Positions 16,958-25,142 of a DNA stretch of 30,561 bases are shown piece after piece. A program made the position numbers and the translations under genes. A model generated the notes under the pieces. The model saw only the letters and a program-made list of their open reading frames with translations, did no database searches and was not told the origin of the DNA. The stretch is from a virus (lineage: Duplodnaviria > Caudoviricetes), in IMG/VR virus record IMGVR_UViG_3300026897_000028, positions 1-30,561 of that record. The stretch is one strand, 5' to 3'. The number at the start of each line of letters is the position of its first letter. Positions within the stretch are counted from its first letter, which is position 1.

Positions 16958-17673
16958 GCGGGGGCTTCGTTGAGTAAGGAGTCGAGCGAACGCTCCGAAT
17001 CGATTCGATTGTGCCATATGCGATAGATTTGAGGGAATGCAACGCGGATAAAGAAAACAGCCGTCAGGAACGTCAGGAAGGTGAGCGTGAAGGACAGCAA
17101 TGCCCGGATCGGCGCGTTCTTCATCATGGATTGACCCACGGCGTTCAGCGGATCGGCCGCCAGGGGCGCTCCGAAGAAGTAGGTCAGGGCAACGAAGCCT
17201 ACGAACAGAGCCAGTATGATCTTGATGGCGTTGTTCGTAGAAATCAGTACTTGAGGCTTAGACTCAACCGATGGTGTTACCGGCGGCTCGTTCAAATTCA
17301 GTTCTGACCCTAATTGAGCGGCTTCAAACTCAGCTTCGCGGGCTTTGCGCAGGAAGTCCTTAGCGCGGTCCGGATCAGTGCTGGTCCGGGCGATTTCGCG
17401 CCAATCGGCTGCATCTTCGATTAAGCTGGCTCGTTTATCCAGCTTCTCCTGCCGGGCCACTTCGATGGCTTTCTGCTTCTTTTCCTGTAGAAGCGTTTGA
17501 CGCTGGGCGATGCCCTCCAGAACGGCCGACAGTTCGGCTTCTTCGTCAACAACTTCCTGGTTGAGCAGGTCAGCGTCGGTGGGTTGATCAGCATCGGGCT
17601 TTTGCACGATGAACGTATTGCGTGGTTCCTCTTTTCGGGCTACCATGTCGGTTGGTTTGTTTGTAGGTTTCAT
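16873..17673 (-). CDS. Coiled-coil plus three-TM membrane protein, holin candidate
   Basis: Charged helical N-terminal half and three hydrophobic segments in the C-terminal half; overlaps the CHAP gene start. Confidence 0.65.
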   Translation of the reverse strand: MKPTNKPTDMVARKEEPRNTFIVQKPDADQPTDADLLNQEVVDEEAELSAVLEGIAQRQTLLQEKKQKAIEVARQEKLDKRASLIEDAADWREIARTSTDPDRAKDFLRKAREAEFEAAQLGSELNLNEPPVTPSVESKPQVLISTNNAIKIILALFVGFVALTYFFGAPLAADPLNAVGQSMMKNAPIRALLSFTLTFLTFLTAVFFIRVAFPQIYRIWHNRIDSERSLDSLLNEAPAWAVLLSLLGLFYTFMQLFASFYQALYA

Positions 17674-17684
17674 AAAACTTTAGG

Positions 17685-18683
17685 TTAGCGCATCCGGAAA
17701 ATGCCCCGGTATGCAGCGTTGTCAGGGAAGTCGTTGGGACCTGGAGCCGTGTAGCGGTCCGAGTTTTTGTAGGCAGGATACTGATCGGCGTTTTCGGTCA
17801 GGTACGCTTTCAGGGCGTTCAGACTGGCAGCAGCTTCGGTATCGGCTTTGCGCTGGGCGTCCAAGAGCACCTTTGCATCGACGGCTTTCTGGTTATAAAT
17901 GCCATCGAAATCGGACAAGATGCGCAGGCTACCACCCGGCGTTTGCAGAACGTTCAGGTGGTACAAAGCCTGGGCATAGGCAGTCGTGGCCGTAGCCTGA
18001 CCAACGGCCTCCAACAGCCGGATGTCAGTCGGTTGCAGGACAGTAGCGGCCGCTTGTTTTTGCTTTAGGTCGTCAAACAACTCAGAGCCGATCAGGGGCC
18101 GGATGCTGTTCTTTTCGGCCATGTGCAGATACGGCACCAGCGACAGAAACAGCCGGTAGCTTCCGGCAGCCTGGGGCAGATACTCGGTCAGTTCGGTAGC
18201 CGAGAAGATGAACAGGGCTTTAGCCCGTTTGTAGCTGTCGGAGTTAGTCCAGGTAGGGTAACTGGCCTTGTGGTGATTAAGGTAAACGAGTGCCTTTTCG
18301 AGCGCATTGGCCGCGTTTTCGGCACTTTCCCGCTGTCGTTTATCCAGCACGCCCATCCGCACCGGTTGCGTGTTCTGCGTGCCCTGTTCCTGCAGGCCGT
18401 TATCGCCGTCGTTACCGAGGCTATACGGCAGGTATTTAGCGTACGTATAGAAGGCCAGCGCCCGCTGTAGCTGGATCAGGAGTCGTTGATTTTCTGCCGA
18501 CAGTGTTGATGGGGCTGTGTTGTACTGCTGGTCCAGTTCGTCGAGTAGTTCGGGACCAATGGCCGGCAGAATAAACTCATCCTGAGCCAGTTGAATATAC
18601 GGCTCGATGAAGTCCAGCTTTGTAGCCTGGTTGATGGCGCGGCCCAGGTATTTCTTCAGGTCCGTAATCGAGTTGAGAATCAT
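17685..18683 (-). CDS. DUF6712-like head-tail adaptor protein
   Basis: Two-fold internal repeat (PYIQLAQDEFILPAIGPELL / PYLHMAEKNSIRPLIGSELF; YLNHHKASYP / YLTENADQYP); follows the portal gene. Confidence 0.75.
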   Translation of the reverse strand: MILNSITDLKKYLGRAINQATKLDFIEPYIQLAQDEFILPAIGPELLDELDQQYNTAPSTLSAENQRLLIQLQRALAFYTYAKYLPYSLGNDGDNGLQEQGTQNTQPVRMGVLDKRQRESAENAANALEKALVYLNHHKASYPTWTNSDSYKRAKALFIFSATELTEYLPQAAGSYRLFLSLVPYLHMAEKNSIRPLIGSELFDDLKQKQAAATVLQPTDIRLLEAVGQATATTAYAQALYHLNVLQTPGGSLRILSDFDGIYNQKAVDAKVLLDAQRKADTEAAASLNALKAYLTENADQYPAYKNSDRYTAPGPNDFPDNAAYRGIFRMR

Positions 18684-20023
18684 TTGCCGGTAGGTTTAGA
18701 GGCTGTCTTGCTGTCTTTCTGATCCTGCTTAGTATCACTGGCAGCACCACCGCTACCGGTCGTTTTCTGACTAGAGCCTGACTTTTCCTTGTCGAGCGTT
18801 TCGAGCAGGATATTGTTGAAGCCAAAGAATACATCGTCGGGCAGGCCCAGCTCCGGCTTGATTTCACGGTTCCAGTACGATTCTACCGATTGCCGTTCGC
18901 GGGGAGTGCGGTAAAACTGTTGGTATTCGGCCGATACGCGCAGTTCGGAGCCTGAGCCGCCCAGCATCTTGCCGTCGCTGACACCCGCCAGCCCGCTCAG
19001 GATGCCCGACGCATTGGCAAAAGCAGTAACCGCCATCTGGTAGAGTTCGGTGTATTCTTTGCCAGTCAGGTTGCAGGGGATTTGTTCGAACTCAATGAAC
19101 GGCTGCATCTTGCCGTCAGGACCAACAGCACATTCGTCGAAGATCACCCGACGTTTTCCTTCGCCACCGAACAAAAGCTCATCGACCTGGGTGTAGAACT
19201 TGTCCCGAAACTTCTCCTTGCTTTCGTCAGTATCGCCACCGTTGCGCTCAATGAACTGGTCGGCTACGCGGCAAATCTTGTTGGCGTTGTACTCGGTATC
19301 TAAGCCATTTAGGTGAAAATCAGGCACCCGGTTAGCCAGCCTGATCCACTTGGCGGCTGCCCACCAAATGGCAAAGCCGTAGTAGAACTGGCCGGACTTC
19401 GCCCGTTTGATCTGGTGGAGCGTTTCGGGAGCTTCGCGGCTGTCCTTCGTTAAGGCAGGCAGGGCAACCGCATGTTTGCCGGATGTCCAGTCGGGGCAAA
19501 GCAGCCAGGTATCGACGTAGCCTTTGGTGGCCACGGCGGCACGGACGGTCAGGCTATCGCGGACCGACAGCGTGAGGTCTGAGCCTTCGCGGCTGTGATT
19601 TATGAAGGCATTGCCAGTTTCGACCAGGTAGGTAAGCTGGGTGTTTGTCAGCTCCTGCATGTCGTTCAGCTCACCAAAGGCTTTAGCCTTGCCCTCGGTT
19701 GGTAGATAGGGTTCCCGGATGAGCGTTTTCCCATCCATGCGGTGCCGAAACCAGCCGCATCCGGAGCCAAACAGGAAGTCGGCCCGCGTTTCGACCAGGT
19801 TCATTACGTCGCCGTTGGACCGATACAGATCGATCATCTCGTTAGGAAGCCGGTTGTTGCTGCCCCACGGATAGATTTTGTAGCTGGTTTTTCCGACAGT
19901 GACCGATCGTTTGACGGTACCCTTAACTGAATTAGAATCCTGATTGCCTTCCGGAAAGGAGACAGCCGCCGACGGTAGGTTTTTCGTCAGGAAGGCGGCT
20001 GTACCAAGTTTAGTGAGTCCCAT
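18680..20023 (-). CDS. Portal protein
   Basis: YPWGSNNRLP N-terminal motif and GSGSELR motif, 447 aa, downstream of terL. Confidence 0.8.
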   Translation of the reverse strand: MGLTKLGTAAFLTKNLPSAAVSFPEGNQDSNSVKGTVKRSVTVGKTSYKIYPWGSNNRLPNEMIDLYRSNGDVMNLVETRADFLFGSGCGWFRHRMDGKTLIREPYLPTEGKAKAFGELNDMQELTNTQLTYLVETGNAFINHSREGSDLTLSVRDSLTVRAAVATKGYVDTWLLCPDWTSGKHAVALPALTKDSREAPETLHQIKRAKSGQFYYGFAIWWAAAKWIRLANRVPDFHLNGLDTEYNANKICRVADQFIERNGGDTDESKEKFRDKFYTQVDELLFGGEGKRRVIFDECAVGPDGKMQPFIEFEQIPCNLTGKEYTELYQMAVTAFANASGILSGLAGVSDGKMLGGSGSELRVSAEYQQFYRTPRERQSVESYWNREIKPELGLPDDVFFGFNNILLETLDKEKSGSSQKTTGSGGAASDTKQDQKDSKTASKPTGK

Positions 20024-20322
20024 TAGAAGCGGTGATCGATCAATTTGCCGTTGAATGATACAAGGAGCGGGATGTGTAGCTCGAACCTGTTGCCGCCAGC
20101 ATCGAGCAGGTGAAGTTTTCCGGCCTGCCGGTTCTCGTGCTTGATGCTGGTCAGGTCTTTTTTCTGGCCTATCGTCTCACCAGCCCGCCGACGAACACCG
20201 TGCTTCTGGCCAAAACTGCCGTCAGCTTTGCGGTACGTCAAATCGAAGTATGGGCTGTGTCCACTGGTGCCACAGGCCCGGTATTCCTGAATGACTTGCG
20301 ATAGATAAATGCCGAATCCCAT
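20023..20322 (-). CDS. Hypothetical phage protein
   Basis: 99 aa, 1-nt overlap with the portal start, preceded by the GTCCTA motif. Confidence 0.7.
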   Translation of the reverse strand: MGFGIYLSQVIQEYRACGTSGHSPYFDLTYRKADGSFGQKHGVRRRAGETIGQKKDLTSIKHENRQAGKLHLLDAGGNRFELHIPLLVSFNGKLIDHRF

Positions 20323-20335
20323 CCTTTTTTTTGGA

Positions 20336-20370
20336 CAATGTTCGGTTTAGCCGCATTAAGAAGATAGGAC
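20336..20370 (-). promoter_or_regulatory. GTCCTA-N21-GAACATTG putative phage late promoter
   Basis: Fixed-spacing motif ahead of the portal operon. Confidence 0.6.
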
Positions 20371-20431
20371 GAAACTTTTTAGGGGTGCTTTTCCGGCTTT
20401 TTCCGGTCACTTAGAGAGCCAGCGAATTCAC

Positions 20432-20444
20432 AATCAAATAGTTG
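20432..20444 (+). promoter_or_regulatory. IHF-type binding consensus
   Basis: AATCAAATAGTTG matches WATCAANNNNTTR exactly, in the terL-portal intergenic region. Confidence 0.4.
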
Positions 20445-20540
20445 AATCGCTGTAGGGGGTAAATTTTTCCGGTGTTCTCGCGTGGCACCGCCCGCGCTAT
20501 AGCGAAACTGGCGGTCGCCAAATCGCAAAAATGAATATAT

Positions 20541-20563
20541 GCCGACCCTGGGTTGGGGTCGGC
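20541..20563 (-). terminator. Hairpin after terL
   Basis: GCCGACCC-N7-GGGTCGGC just after the terL stop; weak U tract. Confidence 0.45.
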
Positions 20564-20571
20564 TTGACTAT

Positions 20572-22134
20572 TCAGCGAATCACGATGCCGCCAGTCCGGA
20601 TGCCGGCGTGCGAAACGTATTTTGAAAATTTCTTAAACAAGATGTAGTCAAAGCAGTCGCTTAAGTGCGTTGCCCATTCTTGAGGCAGCTTCTTATCACG
20701 TTCACTTAGCTTGATCTTCTCGTAGGTCGTACCATCGATGGGCGCGTTCTGAAGAGATATCAGTAACGATTTGCAGGCTGACTCGTTGATGCGAATCTTC
20801 GGCAAACGAACATTTGTCTCTTGTAACAATGCATTGATAACACGATAGCGGATGTGATACGAAGGATAAGCGTCTTGAACTTTGTCAATAACAGTCCAAT
20901 GCTTGGCTGTTAAGGTTTGTTTAATAAGCTCATAATAAGTCTTGTTGCGGCCAGCGTCTTTCTTATTGGCCCCATTGTCGCCATAGATATGGACAATCTT
21001 TTTACGGTGCCCCTGATATTTAGCCGCGAAATCAGCAGCCAGTTTTTCTACTAATGACTGGTCTTTAGCCGTCTTCACAAACAGGGTATCCAGAAAGCGA
21101 TACTCTGCATTGTGGTCCTGACAGACCAGCATTGAGGTAAATTCAGCGTTAAAATCCCAGCTTGTTTCCAGAGGTTTATTGGAATCGTAATCAGTCCGCT
21201 CATGAACATACAGGCGTTTTACGTCGTCAAATTGGTAGCCGTAACTTTGCGAATACGTGTGCCGATTTGCGTCCAAACTGTGGTAAAAGCCGTTGCCGAC
21301 ACCCTTGAATCGGTAGTTCAGGATTTCTACGTTAAACGTTAGCTCATCGCCACAGGCTTCACGCTGATCTTCAATAAAGGAGCCTGGTAGAAATTGTAAG
21401 TTATCGTAAGCTGTACTCTCTAAAAAGTAGTACTTGTTGGGATTGGCTTTTTGAAGCTCCTCCGTTTTATAGACCCACTGCCCGTGAGGGAGCCAGGGAG
21501 CCGACGTAAAATCGGCAATTAACCAATGTAGTGGGTGGTTAAAGCCTTTCCGGCCAGGCCGTGGGTCTTTGTAAACGTTCTTATTGGCACGAACCGTTGG
21601 ACGTAGTACCTTATTATAAAACTGCTCTTTAATCGTAGCACTTTCGTCGATCAGAAGCTGATCAAAGTTGGCACCACGTATGGTTTCCTCCCGGTCAGCA
21701 CTCACGAACTGCACCGTATAGCCATTGGCAAACACCAGGCAGTTATCGTAGGTCCTGACCGTGTTGAGCGCCTGACGCCAGTGTTCCGGTGGCCGGTGGT
21801 TAATGACGTAATGGCCAAAGCCAGTCTTTGAGTTGTACTCGTACAGGCCATGTTCCTCAAAGACCGCATTGGACTGCGACAGAATGATGTCCTGTACTTG
21901 GCGGTACGTCAAACCTGCTAAACCGGCTTTTGCTCTGGGCAATTGAAATGCACTCTCAGCAATCAGATGGATTAGGGTTCTGGATTTACCAGAACCCCTA
22001 CCTCCCTGAAACGTCGCCCGAAAACCACCCTGATAAGCCATGCCGTCTTTCATGAAGTCAGCCTGGTTACTCGTGGCTGCCTGGTGAAACTGGAGCTGCT
22101 TGGCATTGAGGTGAATAACAGCCTGCTTAGTCAC
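20572..22134 (-). CDS. terL: Terminase large subunit
   Basis: Q motif LNAKQ, Walker A GGRGSGKS, Walker B LLIDE, nuclease motifs SWDFN and HLSDCFDY. Confidence 0.93.
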   Translation of the reverse strand: MTKQAVIHLNAKQLQFHQAATSNQADFMKDGMAYQGGFRATFQGGRGSGKSRTLIHLIAESAFQLPRAKAGLAGLTYRQVQDIILSQSNAVFEEHGLYEYNSKTGFGHYVINHRPPEHWRQALNTVRTYDNCLVFANGYTVQFVSADREETIRGANFDQLLIDESATIKEQFYNKVLRPTVRANKNVYKDPRPGRKGFNHPLHWLIADFTSAPWLPHGQWVYKTEELQKANPNKYYFLESTAYDNLQFLPGSFIEDQREACGDELTFNVEILNYRFKGVGNGFYHSLDANRHTYSQSYGYQFDDVKRLYVHERTDYDSNKPLETSWDFNAEFTSMLVCQDHNAEYRFLDTLFVKTAKDQSLVEKLAADFAAKYQGHRKKIVHIYGDNGANKKDAGRNKTYYELIKQTLTAKHWTVIDKVQDAYPSYHIRYRVINALLQETNVRLPKIRINESACKSLLISLQNAPIDGTTYEKIKLSERDKKLPQEWATHLSDCFDYILFKKFSKYVSHAGIRTGGIVIR

Positions 22135-22630
22135 CTGACAGGCTCTCCGTGCCGTGATTGTTAATGGTGACGTTGTTCTGCACGTATTTCACCACCCGTG
22201 CCGGCATCAGATCCTCAGGAGAGAGCGGAGACTGCTCATCATGTACCTTCGACAGTTTGGCAATTTCGCGCGTGGCCGCAATGATGGCTTCTGCGTTCTT
22301 CTCCTTCACGGCGATTGACATGGCCACGTACAGGCTTTCAATCAGCACCTTTCGCGTGCCTTCGCGGTCAATGTCTTCAACCTTGCCATAGAGCCTGGCC
22401 GACTCGGCCATTAACTGATAGGCCTGTGAGTAACGAAGATCGTACTCCTGCATCAGCATGTTGACGACCTGTTGCGGAGAAAACAGCTTACAACGCCAAC
22501 CAAAGCACTTTCGGTACTTCTCTAGCGTCTCCAGCTCCGATGGTTTGAGCGGGGTGCGGTGCAGTAAATGATCTCGAAACTTATCGAGCTTATCAGCGAC
22601 TTTATCGGCCTTAACGAGTTCAGTACCCAT
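22127..22630 (-). CDS. Putative terminase small subunit
   Basis: Helical 167-aa protein overlapping the terL start by 8 nt. Confidence 0.65.
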   Translation of the reverse strand: MGTELVKADKVADKLDKFRDHLLHRTPLKPSELETLEKYRKCFGWRCKLFSPQQVVNMLMQEYDLRYSQAYQLMAESARLYGKVEDIDREGTRKVLIESLYVAMSIAVKEKNAEAIIAATREIAKLSKVHDEQSPLSPEDLMPARVVKYVQNNVTINNHGTESLSGD

Positions 22631-22643
22631 AGAAAAAATTTAG

Positions 22644-22678
22644 CAAGGCTAACAGCTTAAATTTTGTTACGGTAGGAC
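22644..22678 (-). promoter_or_regulatory. GTCCTA-N21-TAGCCTTG putative phage late promoter
   Basis: Fixed-spacing motif ahead of terS. Confidence 0.6.
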
Positions 22679-22705
22679 TATTTTGCCTAGAAAAATATAT
22701 ATCTC

Positions 22706-23959
22706 ATGAATAAGCATAAGAAACCACAGCCACAAACCCATCGTTTAACTATGGTATCTAATAGTATTGCCTCTACAATGGGCAGAGTAGAGTTTAATGG
22801 AAACAATATTTTGACTGGAACTGGAATCAACAACTATGTCTGTGGTAAGTGCAATACAGTTTTATTGCAAAATATGCGGAAGGAAGAAGTTCCTATCAAT
22901 TTTGCTCCATTATGTATAAAATGTAATACTTATAATGATGCAAACAGAAAGGCAGCTCATGCTGGTGTCCCGATAATGTTAAAAGATATCTCTGAGACTG
23001 TTGAAAATTCTATAGGATTCCAGTATAATATTTTAGCTGTTGATCCACGTATACCTTTCTATAGTGAAAGGATGGCGTTATCTGATAAGTTAAATTCAGA
23101 CTGGGTTGTTGAGCATTTTCATATGCCAGGTGTTTTGTATCAATACACTTCTTTTTTTGGCTTAACTGGTATGCTTAAAAGCCATTCTATTTGGCTGACA
23201 GATGTTGCATACATGAATGACACAAGCGAAATGCAACATGGAATATCAATGATCAACGATTATTTGAAAGAAAAAAGTAAAACAGTTTCAGATCCTTGCC
23301 AAGAATTATTAAGAAGAGTTACAATCACTCAATCGGCTTTTGATTCTGATTCAGGTTATTTAATTGCCTGTTTTTGTGCTGATGATGATCTTTTAAGTCA
23401 ATGGAGGGCATATGGTAGTGGAGGAAATGGTTATAACATTGGGTTTAGTGGTAAAATATTATCAAATACGGAGGGGGTTCAAATGCGAAAGGTTATTTAT
23501 GATACGGAAAAGCAACAGATTTTTATAAAGAACGCTATCGATTCAATATGCGAGCTATTCGAATCTAAAAGAGGGTTAAAGACGAAAGAAGAGCTTGATA
23601 AGGCGACTATATTACCAGCTTTTGCCGCAATGCTAAGTACACAACTAAAAGAATTTATGTTTACGTTCAAGCATCCGGCATTTGCTGAAGAAAATGAGTG
23701 GCGTATTATTCGTCCTTACGATACACATGCTGATATAGATAAATTGTATTTTAGACAATATAATTCTGTGCCAGTACCATATATGGAGTTGAGCTGCAGT
23801 AATGTGATACCGAATGTACCTATCTTACCTGTAGTACAAGTGACTCATGGTCCTGTACTTCACCCACAATTAACAAAGAAGTCAGTATCACTAATAATGA
23901 GGCAGAATGGTTATGCTCACGCTGAAATAAAGGGTTCAACTACTCCTTTAAGACTATAA
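22706..23959 (+). CDS. DUF2971-domain protein with N-terminal Zn-finger
   Basis: LYQYTS, YMNDTSE, ACFC..DDLLSQWRAYG, FKHPAFAEENEWR; CGKC...CIKC at the N-terminus. AT-rich and on the opposite strand to its neighbours. Confidence 0.85.
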   Translation: MNKHKKPQPQTHRLTMVSNSIASTMGRVEFNGNNILTGTGINNYVCGKCNTVLLQNMRKEEVPINFAPLCIKCNTYNDANRKAAHAGVPIMLKDISETVENSIGFQYNILAVDPRIPFYSERMALSDKLNSDWVVEHFHMPGVLYQYTSFFGLTGMLKSHSIWLTDVAYMNDTSEMQHGISMINDYLKEKSKTVSDPCQELLRRVTITQSAFDSDSGYLIACFCADDDLLSQWRAYGSGGNGYNIGFSGKILSNTEGVQMRKVIYDTEKQQIFIKNAIDSICELFESKRGLKTKEELDKATILPAFAAMLSTQLKEFMFTFKHPAFAEENEWRIIRPYDTHADIDKLYFRQYNSVPVPYMELSCSNVIPNVPILPVVQVTHGPVLHPQLTKKSVSLIMRQNGYAHAEIKGSTTPLRL

Positions 23960-23998
23960 TTAACTCGCCCGACAATTTTGCCGGGCGAGTTAATTATA
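23955..23998. terminator. Bidirectional terminator-like hairpin
   Basis: Perfect 17-bp stem TATAATTAACTCGCCCG / CGGGCGAGTTAATTATA between converging genes. Confidence 0.75.
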
Positions 23999-24007
23999 AT
24001 CTTAATT

Positions 24008-24577
24008 CTAGAACAACCCGTTTCCGCTCGGATCACTAATTGCTTTCATCGCTCTCATTCGCATTTCGTGCTCCCGATCAACATCACAGTGCGGGTGCAG
24101 CAACGTACCTTCATCGAAGAAATGCGCCCAGGAGCGGCCAAGCCTGCGGCCACGCTCGTTGTGCTTATCGAGGGCAAAGTCCGGTATCTCCAGCCGACGG
24201 AACGGATGCGTGAGCCAGGCCCACAGCAACGTCCAGTCAATCATACGCGATTTCTTGGCCCTGCACAGCAGCAGTACGGCGTGAGTCAGAAACAAACGCT
24301 GTGGCTCGTTTTTGTCTTCCTTCTTCTTGGCCTGCTCCTGGTACGAACGGTAGAGCGCCCAGATGTTGGCAGGCATCAGCGGCTCGGCTAAGCCCACGTC
24401 TTCACTGCTCATGATACGTAGGCGCTTCCAGACGTACTCACCAAAGCCACTATCGTACAGTTCAACCGCCCAGAACATGGCCTGATCTTCCAGGCCCCGA
24501 CGAATGCACTTCTGCATGGCTGAACTGCATTCAAAAAAATCATAACCCTTTTTCGTCTTGATGTCGTACTTACTCAT
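24008..24577 (-). CDS. Stand-alone MgsA/RarA C-terminal-like helical domain protein
   Basis: SAMQKCIRRG...WKRLRIMSSEDVGLA matches the RarA post-ATPase region; no Walker A/B motifs. Confidence 0.75.
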   Translation of the reverse strand: MSKYDIKTKKGYDFFECSSAMQKCIRRGLEDQAMFWAVELYDSGFGEYVWKRLRIMSSEDVGLAEPLMPANIWALYRSYQEQAKKKEDKNEPQRLFLTHAVLLLCRAKKSRMIDWTLLWAWLTHPFRRLEIPDFALDKHNERGRRLGRSWAHFFDEGTLLHPHCDVDREHEMRMRAMKAISDPSGNGLF

Positions 24578-24759
24578 TGCTCGATTATGATTTTAGCGGC
24601 CGGTGTTCCGGCGTTCTGAACTGTTACTTTTACCTGTTGGCCTATCTGAAACCCTGCCCGCTCCATCCAGCGACCACCCAAATTCAGTGAGGGACAGAAA
24701 ATTATTTGGCGGTTGGCATTTTTGCGGGTCATATACCCCATTTTTCGTTTACTTTGCAT
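24574..24759 (-). CDS. SymE-family (AbrB-fold) protein
   Basis: PSLNLGGRWMERAGFQIGQQVKVTV matches the SymE pattern. Start at 24759 preferred because of the upstream motif. Confidence 0.7.
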   Translation of the reverse strand: MQSKRKMGYMTRKNANRQIIFCPSLNLGGRWMERAGFQIGQQVKVTVQNAGTPAAKIIIEQ

Positions 24760-24832
24760 CGTCTGATTGAAGAATTGAACATCCTGCGATTTAGACACGG
24801 AGCCGACAGTTACCGCTGCCGGCTCCATTCGT

Positions 24833-25054
24833 TTAAAACAAGCTCACCTGAGCCACGTTGATTTGCTTCCGGCGCATCCCTGAGCGCACGTTCATCCAGG
24901 CATCACGCAGACACTCACTGAAGAATAGCCAGGTCCGCTTCTTCCATAAGCGGTGCGCTTCCTGCATGATCATCTTCAGCAGGTTCTTTTTCTTGGTCAT
25001 TTTGGGGTTCTCGAACCGGCGAGACTTGGGCACATATACTCGTTTTGAGGCCAT
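24833..25054 (-). CDS. Small basic phage protein
   Basis: IMQEAHRLWK...FSECLRDAW; ends in QVSLF; start placed after the repeated leader. Confidence 0.65.
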   Translation of the reverse strand: MASKRVYVPKSRRFENPKMTKKKNLLKMIMQEAHRLWKKRTWLFFSECLRDAWMNVRSGMRRKQINVAQVSLF

Positions 25055-25063
25055 TTGATTGAT

Positions 25064-25123
25064 TATGTTAGAATTGAACATCCCTTGTAAATTCTCCCAG
25101 CAGAACGGATTAAAAAAGCGACA
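25064..25123 (-). repeat. 60-bp direct repeat, copy 1 (gene leader)
   Basis: 54/60 identical to 26690-26749 by manual alignment. Confidence 0.9.
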
Positions 25124-25142
25124 GCCCATAAATATTTTTCGC

